Positions 27,714-37,907 are shown, counted from the first letter of the stretch. The stretch is DNA of 64,000 nucleotides from an uncultured Thermoleophilia bacterium (GCA_963736645.1 CAVTPJ010000002.1:266779-330778); one strand, 5' to 3'. A program made the numbers and translations. The notes: generated from the letters alone by a model not told the origin.

Positions 27714-28649
27714 CTATCCGCAACGCGACCTCACGCGCTGCATCTCGGGGCAGCTCGCCAGCTTCGCCAGTGTCCTGGCCTCGATCTGGCGGACGTACTC
27801 CCCGGAGCAGCCCAGCTCGATGCCGATTTCCCGGAAGGTCCGCGGCCTGTCGTCCTGAAGGCCGTAGCGCAGGCTCAACACTCCTTGTTCGCGGGCGCTC
27901 AGCGCGGACAGGCCCTCGGACAACCACTCGCCCCGCAGGGCCTCATGGACCTGATCCTCGGTATCGGGTAGAGAACGATCCACGACGTAGTCCGCGAGAA
28001 CCGATTCGTCGTCGCAGCCGGCGGGAGAATCCAGGCTGACCGGCTCTCCGATCATTGCCGCGATGTCCCGCACCCTCTCCGCGGAGATGCCCAGAACGGC
28101 AGCAAGCTCCTCTGGCTTCGGCTCGCGAGCGAGGTCCTGACGGAGCCGGCGCTGCGCTCGTATCAGCTTGCCGATGGCCTCACCCGTGCGCGACGACAGT
28201 CGGACGGCGCGCCCCTGGTCGGACAACGCCCGGGTGACGCCGTGCCTGATCCACCACTTCGCGTACGTACTGAACCTGAACCCCCGACTAGGGTCGAACT
28301 TCTCAACGGCACGGATCAGCCCGAGATTGCCCTCCTGGATGAGATCGAGCAGCGCGAGCCCTCGATTGCAGTAGCGTCGCGCGATAGGCACTACCAGCCG
28401 CAGATTGGCTTGGACGAGCCGGTCCTTCGCGGCTGCGTCACCCTGCTCCACGAGCCGGGCCAGGGAGACCTCCTCCTCGGCGGTCAGCAGAGGCACCCTA
28501 CGTATCTCGCGCAGATACACGTCTACAAGATCACCCTCCGTGGCGTCGAGCTTCTCGTCTGCCCACATCTCCGTCACCATTGGAGCGTGCTCGGAGCCAT
28601 GCGAGACACGACTGCCCAAGGCCGGCTCGTATGCTCTCTTCGCGGTCAT
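27714..28649 (-). CDS. RpoD-like sigma-70 factor lacking region 1.1, with divergent regions 2.4 and 4.2
   Basis: [57 protein letters not shown]; ATGA overlap with arcC (alternative start 28580). Confidence 0.88.
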   Translation of the reverse strand: MTAKRAYEPALGSRVSHGSEHAPMVTEMWADEKLDATEGDLVDVYLREIRRVPLLTAEEEVSLARLVEQGDAAAKDRLVQANLRLVVPIARRYCNRGLALLDLIQEGNLGLIRAVEKFDPSRGFRFSTYAKWWIRHGVTRALSDQGRAVRLSSRTGEAIGKLIRAQRRLRQDLAREPKPEELAAVLGISAERVRDIAAMIGEPVSLDSPAGCDDESVLADYVVDRSLPDTEDQVHEALRGEWLSEGLSALSAREQGVLSLRYGLQDDRPRTFREIGIELGCSGEYVRQIEARTLAKLASCPEMQRVRSRCG

Positions 28650-29677
28650 CTTGCCGCAGATGTCACCTGTCGACGGCGCCTTGGCCGTCCGGGGTCCTGA
28701 GAGACGTCCGGCACGATGTGCGTGCCGGCCTTCCCGGCCATCGCCGGGCCGACCTCGGTGAGGCTGGCGATCACGCTCTCGCCGCCGGCGTCGACGAAGC
28801 GCAGGCAGGCCTCGACCTTGGGGCCCATGGAGCCGGCCTTGAAGTGGCCCTCGGCGGCGTAGGCGCGCATCTGGCTGGCGGTGACGCGGGAGAGCGCCTC
28901 CTGCTCGGGGGTGCCGTAGTGCACGTAGGCCTGGGGCACGTCGGTGAGGATGAGCAGGGCGTCGGCGCCGAGCTCGGTGGCGAGCAGGGCGGCGGCGAGG
29001 TCCTTGTCGATCACCGCGTCGATGCCCGAGAGGGCGCCGCGGCTGCGCACCACCGGCACGCCGCCGCCGCCCGAGCAGACGACGAGGGCGCCGTCGGCGA
29101 CCAGGTCGCGCACCGCCTCGAGCTCGACGATCTCCTTGGGCTCGGGGCTGGGCACGACGCGGCGCCAGCCTCTGCCGGCGTCCTCGCGCATGGCGAGGCC
29201 CTCCTCGAGCATCATCTTCCGCGCCTCGGCCTCGGAGTAGAAGGGGCCGACCGGCTTGGAGGGGCTGGCGAAGGCCTTGTCCCGGGGGTCGACGGCGACC
29301 TGGGTGACCAGGGTCACCACCGGCACCTCGAGGCGGCGCTTGCGCAGGTGGTTGGCCAGCGTCTGCGCCGCCATGTAGCCGATCTGGCCCTGGCTCATCG
29401 CGCCGCAGACGTCCATCGGCATCGGCGCCACCGTCTTGGCGGCCAGCGCGTTCTGGATCAGCAGGTTGCCCACCTGGGGGCCGTTGCCGTGGGTGAGCAC
29501 CACGCGCCAGCCCTCCTCGACGAGGGCGACGATGCGACGCATGGCGCCGTCGACGTTGAACAGCTGCTCCTCGAAGGTGCCGACCTGGCCGGGCTGGAGG
29601 ATGGCGTTGCCGCCGAGGGCGACGACGACGGTGGGGATCTGTTGGCCTCGATTGTCTCTCGTTGATGACGTTGTCAT
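28646..29677 (-). CDS. arcC: Carbamate kinase
   Basis: [51 protein letters not shown]. Confidence 0.96.
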   Translation of the reverse strand: MTTSSTRDNRGQQIPTVVVALGGNAILQPGQVGTFEEQLFNVDGAMRRIVALVEEGWRVVLTHGNGPQVGNLLIQNALAAKTVAPMPMDVCGAMSQGQIGYMAAQTLANHLRKRRLEVPVVTLVTQVAVDPRDKAFASPSKPVGPFYSEAEARKMMLEEGLAMREDAGRGWRRVVPSPEPKEIVELEAVRDLVADGALVVCSGGGGVPVVRSRGALSGIDAVIDKDLAAALLATELGADALLILTDVPQAYVHYGTPEQEALSRVTASQMRAYAAEGHFKAGSMGPKVEACLRFVDAGGESVIASLTEVGPAMAGKAGTHIVPDVSQDPGRPRRRRQVTSAAR

Positions 29678-29972
29678 TGTTCCTCTGGTCGATGGGGAGA
29701 CCGGCGGGCGCGCAGCGCAGGGGGGATACCGCTGGCGCCCGCCGGCCTGTCAGCCGTCCGCAGGACGGGGGATTCCTAGCCGGCCATGCAGGCTGATGTC
29801 GACGAGGCCACACCCAGGCGCCACCAGACCACGATCGAGAGCAACGTCTGCCATCCATTCCTCCTGCTCAACAATCCAAGCCATGAGACCGGTGAGCGAG
29901 TCGGGCTCCTCAGGCGAGCGGGGCCGATGGGGTCGAAAGCTCGCGACCGACCGCAGCCCATGTTCGGGGTGA

Positions 29973-30049
29973 ATACTCTGAGATACCGACGGCCGTGAGA
30001 AGTGGCCGCGGGCACGTCCCAGGGGAGCGACCAATGTGCATTTGCACAT
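29973..30049 (-). promoter_or_regulatory. Promoter/operator module copy A upstream of arcC
   Basis: Palindrome ATGTGCA-NN-TGCACAT (30034-30049), 23-bp block 29996-30018, TTCTCA-N17-GAGTAT; aligns without gaps to 53500-53576. Confidence 0.7.
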
Positions 30050-30141
30050 GAGATGCCGGCAGAGGCCTGGTGGACGAGGCGAGAGCGTGGACCTTCTCAA
30101 GAGCTCTAGGGATCGTGCTGTGCCGAATCGCACTCGAGGAC

Positions 30142-31812
30142 CTAGCTGAGAGTGCGGCCAATCTCCGAGTGCGTGCCACTGGCGGCTGCAAGCAACTCTG
30201 CAGCCTTGAATGAGACGTAAAGCTCCACCATGTCGTCCATTCGGGACAGATCGAGATCAAGCACCGCTTCGATCCGAGCGAGTCTCTTGTACAGGGTGTT
30301 GCGATGCACGAACAGCTCTCGCGTCGTCTCCTGAACTGACGTACCGTTCTTGAAATACGCGCGCAGGGTCTCAACGAGTAAGGTGTGATGAACACGGTCA
30401 TGTTCAATCAACGGACGCACAAGCCGGTCGCTCATGGCCGCCAGTGCGTCCGGACTCTGCCCGCCGAGAAGCCGGAATTCGTTGTCGGCCTCGTCGAACA
30501 GGACGATGCTCTCGTTTACACCTGCCCCGTCGCGAGCAGACCGACAGGCCTCTTGAGCCTGCCTAAGGAGAGACGCCGGCCTAGATGGCCCAACCCAACC
30601 GCCTGAGACGCCGATACAGGTAGTCACCTCAGGGACTCCATCCTGTACCTGCCTCTGGGCCCTTGTGAACGCTTCGAATACGACCTCTCTGCCTGCCTCC
30701 TCAAAGACCGCCAGGACGATGACCTCAGCCTCCATCACGCATGAAATCGCTGAGACATGGGCTGAATGAAGACCCTCCTCTGCGGCGTCTGCGACGCGCC
30801 GTAGAATCGACTCTCGTTCCTGCGGTGATGAGGGAAACTTGCGCCCGGTGTGCTGTCGAGCCTCCACGCCCAGTACCGCCACCCGCCATGGGTCCCCCAG
30901 GTCGATGCCGGCAGCTTGGAGCTTGTCAGTCAGATCATGCGCACCCTCTTCTCGAGAGAGCAGATCCTGGAGGAGCGCCGAAGTCAGGTTCCTGCGAAAC
31001 CGCATCGCCTCACGCTCGGCCAGCAGACTGACCCCGATGAGACGCTGGGCGTGGGACAAGGTGACATCGATGAGGATTGAGGTCACCTGGGCTCGAGGGA
31101 CGACGGCGACGAGCACTCTCGTGAGCTCCCCGTGCACAACGACACGACGCACATAGATGCGCAGTTTCCCCGCCTCGATCACGCCCGTCGGGCCTCCGCT
31201 GAGATGCGCCCCCTCGACGGTGCTCCAGACGGAGCCTATATCGAACTCATCGCCTCGACTGGCTACCGCCAGAATCCCACCCGCGGGATCGAAGAGGATC
31301 ATCGAGAGGTCGAGCGTCTCTGATAGACGCAGGATGATCTCTGCTGCACCCTTCTCATCTACGAGCAGGTCAAGGAGCTGGCTCTGAACGGCGAGAGCGC
31401 GCCGTAACCAGTGCATGTCCATCGAGGACAGTGAGTGGTACACGTACGAGACGATATCTCGCAGTGCGAGCGACCTTGGGGCCTCGACGACGGGCAGGCC
31501 GAGCATCTTGGCGTGGTCGATGGCCTCGGGCGGTACATGGTCAAGATACTCACCAACAGCAACCACCAGCGCAGACGTCTTCCCCGAGATCGTGTCAAGG
31601 TAGCGGTTGGCCGCGTCCGTCGATTCGACCAGGTCCGCCCCATGAGTGATCAGAAGAGTGCCCTCTGTCATCCACTGCGTCGGATCCGAAAGGTCGGAGT
31701 GGTGTACGTGAACAATCACTCTGGAGAGCCCTAGATCTCCCGTGACAACGGTCAGGCCGAACTCAGCCTCGGCGACCAGCTCGCCTAAGGTCAGCTCCTC
31801 GCTGACGGTCAT
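30142..31812 (-). CDS. PucR/CdaR-family transcriptional regulator
   Basis: N-term HVHHSDLSDPTQWMTEGTLLITHG; C-term LVETLRAYF...LFVHRNTLYKRLARIE HTH. Confidence 0.92.
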   Translation of the reverse strand: MTVSEELTLGELVAEAEFGLTVVTGDLGLSRVIVHVHHSDLSDPTQWMTEGTLLITHGADLVESTDAANRYLDTISGKTSALVVAVGEYLDHVPPEAIDHAKMLGLPVVEAPRSLALRDIVSYVYHSLSSMDMHWLRRALAVQSQLLDLLVDEKGAAEIILRLSETLDLSMILFDPAGGILAVASRGDEFDIGSVWSTVEGAHLSGGPTGVIEAGKLRIYVRRVVVHGELTRVLVAVVPRAQVTSILIDVTLSHAQRLIGVSLLAEREAMRFRRNLTSALLQDLLSREEGAHDLTDKLQAAGIDLGDPWRVAVLGVEARQHTGRKFPSSPQERESILRRVADAAEEGLHSAHVSAISCVMEAEVIVLAVFEEAGREVVFEAFTRAQRQVQDGVPEVTTCIGVSGGWVGPSRPASLLRQAQEACRSARDGAGVNESIVLFDEADNEFRLLGGQSPDALAAMSDRLVRPLIEHDRVHHTLLVETLRAYFKNGTSVQETTRELFVHRNTLYKRLARIEAVLDLDLSRMDDMVELYVSFKAAELLAAASGTHSEIGRTLS

Positions 31813-32021
31813 GTTCTCTCCTGCCCGGCCTGTTGTGGTCGCCCGCGCAATTCCCGGCGTGCTGCCTTCAACACATCCGCCGCTGCCCCACGATGCTGAG
31901 CGTGATCCTTGCGAGCGACCGTGCTGTACGTGGTGCCCAAGGTGGGCACGACGCAAGTCTACAGGAACATGCTGCCGACACCGTTCGAGTCCCGCTCATC
32001 AGGCGAGTGCTCGGGACAACC

Positions 32022-33041
32022 TCACTCGGACTCGGCCGCCCCCACCCCTAGGATGCTCGTCAAGAGGGCCATGCGGATCACCACCCCGTATGCCACTGCC
32101 TCGAAGTAGAGCTGGCTGGGAGTCGCGTCGATGCGAAGATCCATTTCGCCGGCCCTGCGAGGCAACGTGTGCGTGACGTAGATCGTCCGGTCTTCGGTCT
32201 GCTGCACACGCACGAGCGTCTCATGGCGAACATAGTAGTTGTCCATGACCTTCTTGAACGCCTCGGCTTCGGACCCCTTGGGTGCGCTGCAGCCGGGCAG
32301 GTAGACCACGTCCACATCGGCAATCAGCTCGTTGAACGTGTCCTGGGTGAGATCGAACTCCTCGCGAAGCACACCTCCGGTGCTGGAGATGCGCTCGATC
32401 ACATCGCTAGGGGTGCGCCTCGACGCCTGGCTGGCCAGAGTCACGTCGGCGCCAAGGCGCGCAAGGCCCTGGGCCATCGAATGACCGGTGCGGGCCTCAA
32501 CGAGATCAGCGCTTGCCACGCAGACCTTCAACCCTTCAACTCTCCCAAAGGTCCGGTAGAGAGTGAACAGGTCGAGGAGGGCTTGAGTCGGATGCTCCCA
32601 GTGGCCCCATCCGGCGTTGATGACCGGACATTCCGAGCTCGGGACTGCCGCACGTGCTTCCTCCGAGTCGAAATGGCGCAGAACGGTCACGTCGGCGTAC
32701 TTCGACACGACCCGCAGCATGTCGGAAAGGCTCTCCTCTTTCGCCGCAGAGGACGTCACTAGGGGGCTGGCCTCCGTGAGGACGGAACCACCCAAGCGAA
32801 GCATCGCAGTCTCAAAGCTGAGCCTGGTGCGGGTGCTGGGCTGGAAGAACAGCGCCAGCAGGACTCTTCCGGAAAGCAGGTCGATCCGAGACCGGCTCCA
32901 TGGCTCGAGCAGGCGGCCCAGCTCGAATAGTCCACGTATCTGGTCGTCGGTGACATCATTGATCGAGTGCAATCCTCGACCCTCGAGGCCGATGGCCGCG
33001 ACGACCGAGCGGACTGCAGTCTCCGTATCACCCTTCTTCAT
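32022..33041 (-). CDS. ATCase-like carbamoyltransferase, candidate ureidoglycine carbamoyltransferase (allantoate phosphorolysis)
   Basis: FFQPSTRTRLSF, SSAAKEESLSD, HPTQALLD, HTLPR; the ATCase aspartate-binding R-x-Q motif is replaced by YLPGCSAP. Confidence 0.85.
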   Translation of the reverse strand: MKKGDTETAVRSVVAAIGLEGRGLHSINDVTDDQIRGLFELGRLLEPWSRSRIDLLSGRVLLALFFQPSTRTRLSFETAMLRLGGSVLTEASPLVTSSAAKEESLSDMLRVVSKYADVTVLRHFDSEEARAAVPSSECPVINAGWGHWEHPTQALLDLFTLYRTFGRVEGLKVCVASADLVEARTGHSMAQGLARLGADVTLASQASRRTPSDVIERISSTGGVLREEFDLTQDTFNELIADVDVVYLPGCSAPKGSEAEAFKKVMDNYYVRHETLVRVQQTEDRTIYVTHTLPRRAGEMDLRIDATPSQLYFEAVAYGVVIRMALLTSILGVGAAESE

Positions 33042-33073
33042 CTCGTTCCCTTCCACCAGCTGCCTGCGTGACC

Positions 33074-33862
33074 TTACGCCCCTGCGGCCGAGTCTGGAGC
33101 GGCGAAGAACCCGTCTCTGTTGATGTCCTTGTACAGAAGATACGAAGCCGGTGACGATCCGGTGGCCCAGAACGACTGGGGACAGTACGGCGCCATGTAG
33201 ATGTAGTCACCCTTGAACACTTGGTGGTATCGCCCGGCCAAGTAGTACACGCCCTGCCCGTCCAGCATCAGCAGGCCGTGTTCCTGATGGTGCATCTCGA
33301 TGATGCCAATCGACCCGCCCGGATCGGCCGTCAACACGTTCATCGCCATGTCGTACGACGGGTCTGCGGTTGGGAGGAGCTCCTGGTACGTGTAGGAGGC
33401 CGGAGCTTCGGGCTTGATGCTGGGAACGTCCGACTGATGCCCTGCGACGGGATTCGGCATCGGCACTCCACGGACCGGGTCATACCTGCGCTTCGTCCAA
33501 AGGGTCTGCGAAGGCTCCGCACCCGACGCCGAGAGTGCGAACTCCGCGCCCAACGGGAAGTAGCAGAAAGCTCCGGGGGCCATCGGGTGCGCGTCGCCCG
33601 CAGCCTCGACGACAGCTTCGCCGCGCACCTGGTAGACAAAATTCTCGAAGTCCCCGCCGAGCGGCTGCAGGCTGCGTCCGCGAGTCCCGAAGTCGAGCAG
33701 GTATTGGCCCAGACACGCGCCCGGGAACCTTGGTGTCGCCAGCGGGCGAGCTATCGTGTCCTCGAAGTAGGGAAGCCGGTTGTCGACGAGGTTCTCCGGA
33801 GTGATGAGCGCATACGAGTCGGTCACGATGCCCCGTGTTGAAGCCGCTGGCGTGGTTTCCAT
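33074..33862 (-). CDS. allE: (S)-ureidoglycine aminohydrolase (bicupin)
   Basis: TRG....YALITPEN, YDMAMNVL, EMHHQEHGLLML.GQGVY, GDYIYMAPYCPQ, YLLYKDINRD. Confidence 0.88.
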   Translation of the reverse strand: METTPAASTRGIVTDSYALITPENLVDNRLPYFEDTIARPLATPRFPGACLGQYLLDFGTRGRSLQPLGGDFENFVYQVRGEAVVEAAGDAHPMAPGAFCYFPLGAEFALSASGAEPSQTLWTKRRYDPVRGVPMPNPVAGHQSDVPSIKPEAPASYTYQELLPTADPSYDMAMNVLTADPGGSIGIIEMHHQEHGLLMLDGQGVYYLAGRYHQVFKGDYIYMAPYCPQSFWATGSSPASYLLYKDINRDGFFAAPDSAAGA

Positions 33863-33950
33863 GTGACGATCCTTTCGGTTGGGTTCGGACACCCCGTTCA
33901 GTCCTCGCCGAAACGACACTTCCGGCGCCGTGACAATCGCTCTGGCTGCT

Positions 33951-34478
33951 CTACTGTCCGCCTTGGTAGAACCTCACGCGTTCATGCAGGAGGGACGATT
34001 CGGGATGACCGGGCTTCTCCTGGGCCGGGTAGCCGACGGCGATGATCGCCTCAACGACCGTGTCCGTGTCCAGCCCCAGTACACCCACAACGTAGTCGTT
34101 CGCCGACTGACCTGCGTCGTGGTCACGCAGCCGGATCTGGACCCAGCAGCTGCCCAGCCCAAGGTCGGCGGCGGCCAGGTGGACGATGAGGGAGGCGATG
34201 GAAGCATCCTCCACCCAGACGTCCGAGCGCTTCGGATGCGCACAGATTACGATGGCCAGCGGGGCGGTCCCGATGAAGGATGCCCCGATCGCCTTCGCCT
34301 CTGCGAGCTGAAGCAGCTTCGACCGATCGGTGACGACGCAGAACTCCCAGGGACGCCTGTTGGACGCAGACGGTGATCGCAGCATCGCTTCGACGAGACT
34401 GTCAACCATCTCCCGTTCCACGGGTCGGTCTCGGAACTCGCGGATGCTCCGCCGCGATCGCAACAAGTCGATGAACAT
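33951..34478 (-). CDS. Nitroreductase-family flavoprotein
   Basis: RRSIREF, SPSASNRRPWEF, AAADLGLGSCWV, IAVGYP. Confidence 0.9.
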   Translation of the reverse strand: MFIDLLRSRRSIREFRDRPVEREMVDSLVEAMLRSPSASNRRPWEFCVVTDRSKLLQLAEAKAIGASFIGTAPLAIVICAHPKRSDVWVEDASIASLIVHLAAADLGLGSCWVQIRLRDHDAGQSANDYVVGVLGLDTDTVVEAIIAVGYPAQEKPGHPESSLLHERVRFYQGGQ

Positions 34479-34598
34479 CGGCTCTCCCTTCCCTTCATCC
34501 TGCCGGGCGGCCGCACCTGGACCCTTCGGCGATTCAAGACATTCGCCACGCAGGTGGTCAGCAGCGCACGCAGAGAGTACGTTCTGTGGCGTGGCGCG

Positions 34599-35957
34599 CT
34601 AGTCGCCGCCTCGCCGCACCACCGGGGTCAACAACTGCCCGCGCGCCTCGCCGACGGGATGACCGTCTGCGACGACAGTGCGCCCGCGCGAGACCGTCCA
34701 GCGCACACGGCCGCGCAGCGGGACGCCGACCAAGCCACTGTGACGGTGCCGATACTGAAGCTCTTGCGCGGTCAGATTCCAACGTTCATCGAGATCCACG
34801 ATGGCAAAGTCCGCGTCCACGCCGGGAGCGATGGCCCCCTTGCCTGGCAGACCGAAGCGGGTGGCAACGTGACCGGTCACAGCCGCGACCGCCGCTTCGA
34901 GCCCCGCCGTGTCCGCACACTTGCTGAGGAGGACCGGGAGCGTGGTCTGGCAGCCGGAGATGCCGCCCCAGATGGCGAAGAAGTCGTCGCCGGTCTTCTC
35001 GTCCTCTGGACTTGGCGAGTGATCCGACGTGACGATCGCCCGGGGGTCGGACGCGACGTACTCCCACAGGCGATCCCGATTGAGCGCATCCCTCATCGGA
35101 GGCGAACACTTCGCTGGCGCACCGAGACGTTCAATGTCGTCTTCGACCAGCACCAGGTAGTGGCTCGCAACCTCCGCGCTGACATCGACTCCGCGTCTCT
35201 GAGCCTCGCGCACCAGCTCGAGCCCCCTCGCGGTGCTCACATGCGCGATATGCAGCGGACAGCCGGTGTCGCCGGCAAGCTCTATCGCCCGGGCGATGGC
35301 CGTGGTCTCGGCGACCGCGGGACGTGAGCCGACGTAGTCGCATGGGCCCACCCGCCCTTGGGAGCGTGCGCGGCGCGCCAGGGCCTCGGTTATCGAGTCG
35401 CTCTCAGCGTGCACCGCGACGATTGCGCCGAGTTCGGCACAGCGCTTCATACCCTCCCATAGAGTCATCTCATCCACGGACGGAAAGTCGAGCATCCCCG
35501 AATCGCACATGAACGCCTTGAACCCGATGACTCCTCGCTCGTGGAGTTCGCCGAGGCAATCGAGATTGCCGGGGACCAGACCGCCCCACAGCGCAAAATC
35601 GACGCGCGAATGTGCTCTGGCTGCCTGCAGCTTGAGATCGAAGGCTGCGCCGGTGACGGTCGTCGGCTGGGAGTTCAGGGGCATGTCGAAGTAGCTGGTC
35701 ATGCCCCCGCAGGCGAGCGCGGTCGACGCGGTCCTAAACCCTTCCCAGTCGGTCCGGCCGGGTTCATTGCAGTGCACATGGGCGTCTATGCCCCCCGGAA
35801 GGACATGCAGGCCGCCCGCATCGAGCTCGTGGGCCGCCGAGCCCGCGAGATTCGGACGCACCTCCACGATCGCTGCATCGCACACCCCGATGTCGGCGAC
35901 ATTCACCCCTTCGGGCGCGACCACCGTCCCCCCCCTGATAATGAGATCGTAATCCAC
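34599..35957 (-). CDS. allB: Allantoinase (metal-dependent cyclic amidohydrolase)
   Basis: DAHVHCNEPGRTDWEGF, DMPLNSQP, GFKAFMCDSG, HIAHVS, KCSPPMR, SDHSPS, WGGISGCQ. Confidence 0.9.
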   Translation of the reverse strand: MDYDLIIRGGTVVAPEGVNVADIGVCDAAIVEVRPNLAGSAAHELDAGGLHVLPGGIDAHVHCNEPGRTDWEGFRTASTALACGGMTSYFDMPLNSQPTTVTGAAFDLKLQAARAHSRVDFALWGGLVPGNLDCLGELHERGVIGFKAFMCDSGMLDFPSVDEMTLWEGMKRCAELGAIVAVHAESDSITEALARRARSQGRVGPCDYVGSRPAVAETTAIARAIELAGDTGCPLHIAHVSTARGLELVREAQRRGVDVSAEVASHYLVLVEDDIERLGAPAKCSPPMRDALNRDRLWEYVASDPRAIVTSDHSPSPEDEKTGDDFFAIWGGISGCQTTLPVLLSKCADTAGLEAAVAAVTGHVATRFGLPGKGAIAPGVDADFAIVDLDERWNLTAQELQYRHRHSGLVGVPLRGRVRWTVSRGRTVVADGHPVGEARGQLLTPVVRRGGD

Positions 35958-36073
35958 GGCTCAGTCAGGTGGCGGGTCCGGCGTGGAGCGGCGAACGCCT
36001 TGAGCGATCGTGGCCGCACCTTGGCGCATGTCCGCGCTGCGCCCGGCTGTTCGTCGTCCATGGTCAAACCCGT

Positions 36074-36781
36074 TCATCTCATCCCGACCTCACCGGACTC
36101 CGGAAGCTTGAACGCGCGAGCCTTTGATGTCTTGAGCCCATTCACGATCAATCCGTGAAGAAGCGTCGCGGCGGCAGGCACAGCCTCCACCACCGGCACG
36201 CTCAGCCGCGATTCGAGATGTTCACGCAGATTCACCAAGCCTCCGCAACCGAGGCAGAGGACCTCCGCCTTGTCAAGCTCTATGGCCAGCCGTCCCTCGC
36301 GCTCAAGTGCAGCCGCTGCTGCTTCCGGATCGCGATGCGCCTCGAGCACGCTGAGGCCGGTCGCACGCACCGACGCACAGCGCGACTCGACGCCGTGAAG
36401 CCGCAGCCCATCTTGGATAGGCGGGACGCCACGTTCCAGTGTGGTGAGGACCGAAAACCGGCGCCCGAGGGTCATGGCGGTCAGGAAGCTGGATTCGCCA
36501 ATGCCGACGACAGGGGAGGACGTCAGTTCACGGGCTGCGAACAGACCTGGGTCGCCAAAGCAGCCGACGATCGCACCGTCGAAGGAGCCCGCGTGTGACG
36601 TCAAGGCGTCGACAACCGCCATCGCACCCAGTACGTCGTCACGGTAGCTGTCGATGGCAGCGACTCCACGCGTGGCAGTCACCCCCATCACCTCGGCATC
36701 GGGAATCACGCGTGCGGCAGCCGAGAGCATCTGGTCGGTCATGGCCACGGTCATGTTCGGATTGATCAGCAGGATTCGCAT
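36074..36781 (-). CDS. Hydantoin/allantoin racemase (Asp/Glu racemase family)
   Basis: LINPN, GCFGDPGL, VVGIGESS, LGCGG catalytic Cys motifs. Confidence 0.9.
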   Translation of the reverse strand: MRILLINPNMTVAMTDQMLSAAARVIPDAEVMGVTATRGVAAIDSYRDDVLGAMAVVDALTSHAGSFDGAIVGCFGDPGLFAARELTSSPVVGIGESSFLTAMTLGRRFSVLTTLERGVPPIQDGLRLHGVESRCASVRATGLSVLEAHRDPEAAAAALEREGRLAIELDKAEVLCLGCGGLVNLREHLESRLSVPVVEAVPAAATLLHGLIVNGLKTSKARAFKLPESGEVGMR

Positions 36782-37070
36782 CTCGACTCCTTGCGGCACG
36801 CCATTCGGACGCGTTCGTTGACGAGGCGACACTCCGCGCACTCAGATCGACCAGATGCGCGCAATCAGGCCCGAGCCGCCCGACGGTCGCAGCATCACGT
36901 GTCAGAAGGGACGCACAGCGACAAAGCGGTCCCCAGTGAGGACGAAAGCGCCGTCCATGAGGGTCCACTGTTGCCGACGTCCAGCGCGACAGTGCGACCG
37001 AACATCCGCCGGGCGAGCAGCCGCAAGCCCAAGCCACGGCGCATGGATGGCGGCATCAGTGCAGCGCCGC

Positions 37071-37907
37071 TCACTCTGTGCCTGCCCCGGTCGTGTCATC
37101 CTTGAGCCGTGCGGGAGTCCAGCCTACGCCAGGGACCGCCGCCCGCAGTCTGCGGGTGTACTCGTGGCTCGGCTGATCCAGGACCGTCGCCGTAGGACCC
37201 GATTCGACAACGGAACCGCGATACATCACCAACGCCCTGTCGCTCACCTGCCGAACAACCGCGAGGTCATGCGAGATGAAGATGTAGGAGATACCGGTCT
37301 GCTCGCGGATATCGGCGAGGAGATTGAGGACCTGGGCCTGCACGGAGACGTCGAGGGCCGCGACGGCCTCGTCGAGGATGAGCACCCGGGGCTTCGCGGC
37401 GAGCGCCCGGGCGATCGCCACGCGCTGGCGCTGCCCGCCGGACAGGTCGCGAGGCCGCTGGCCTATGTGGTGGCTCTGTAGGCCGACCTGGTCAAAGAGC
37501 TCGGCGACACGCTCGGCGCACGCAGCGCGACTTCCACCAAAGTGCCGCCGGACGACTTCTCCAACGGCGGCTCCGACCCGCTGTTGTGGATCGAGGGACG
37601 TGTACGGGTCCTGGAAGACGATCTGGAGCTCCCTGCCTCGCCGGCGGCGTTCCGCCGTGCGGACACGGGTCCCGACGCGCTCGCGTCCGCAGACGCGGAT
37701 GACGCCTGAGGTAGCGCGCTCGAGCCCGATGAGCATCAGAGCTACCGTCGTCTTGCCGGAGCCCGACTCGCCGACGATGGCTAGGGATTCTCCCTCGGTG
37801 ATGGAAAACGACACGTCGGCGACAGCGACGTTCTCACTGCCGGTGCGACGGTTGTGGAAGACCCTGCGCAGGTCTACCGCTTCGACGACTGTCGTCGTGT
37901 CATTCAT
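37071..37907 (-). CDS. Opp/Dpp-type ABC transporter ATPase (OppF-like)
   Basis: GESGSGKTT, QIVFQDPY, LSGGQRQR, LDEAVAALDVSVQAQ. Confidence 0.92.
   Translation of the reverse strand: MNDTTTVVEAVDLRRVFHNRRTGSENVAVADVSFSITEGESLAIVGESGSGKTTVALMLIGLERATSGVIRVCGRERVGTRVRTAERRRRGRELQIVFQDPYTSLDPQQRVGAAVGEVVRRHFGGSRAACAERVAELFDQVGLQSHHIGQRPRDLSGGQRQRVAIARALAAKPRVLILDEAVAALDVSVQAQVLNLLADIREQTGISYIFISHDLAVVRQVSDRALVMYRGSVVESGPTATVLDQPSHEYTRRLRAAVPGVGWTPARLKDDTTGAGTE

Noticed and set aside
27714-29858. 714-aa ORF suggesting a giant sigma-factor fusion
   Set aside because: Its N-terminal ~400 codons are an alternative frame over arcC; only the part from 28649 is sigma-like.
31933-31949. Palindrome GTGCCCA-AGG-TGGGCAC upstream of pucR
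   Set aside because: Single copy, and it does not match the three-copy operator consensus; could be a chance hairpin or weak terminator.
32022-33041. Calling this gene pyrB
   Set aside because: The aspartate-binding motif is absent, there are no pyr neighbours, and the context is catabolic.
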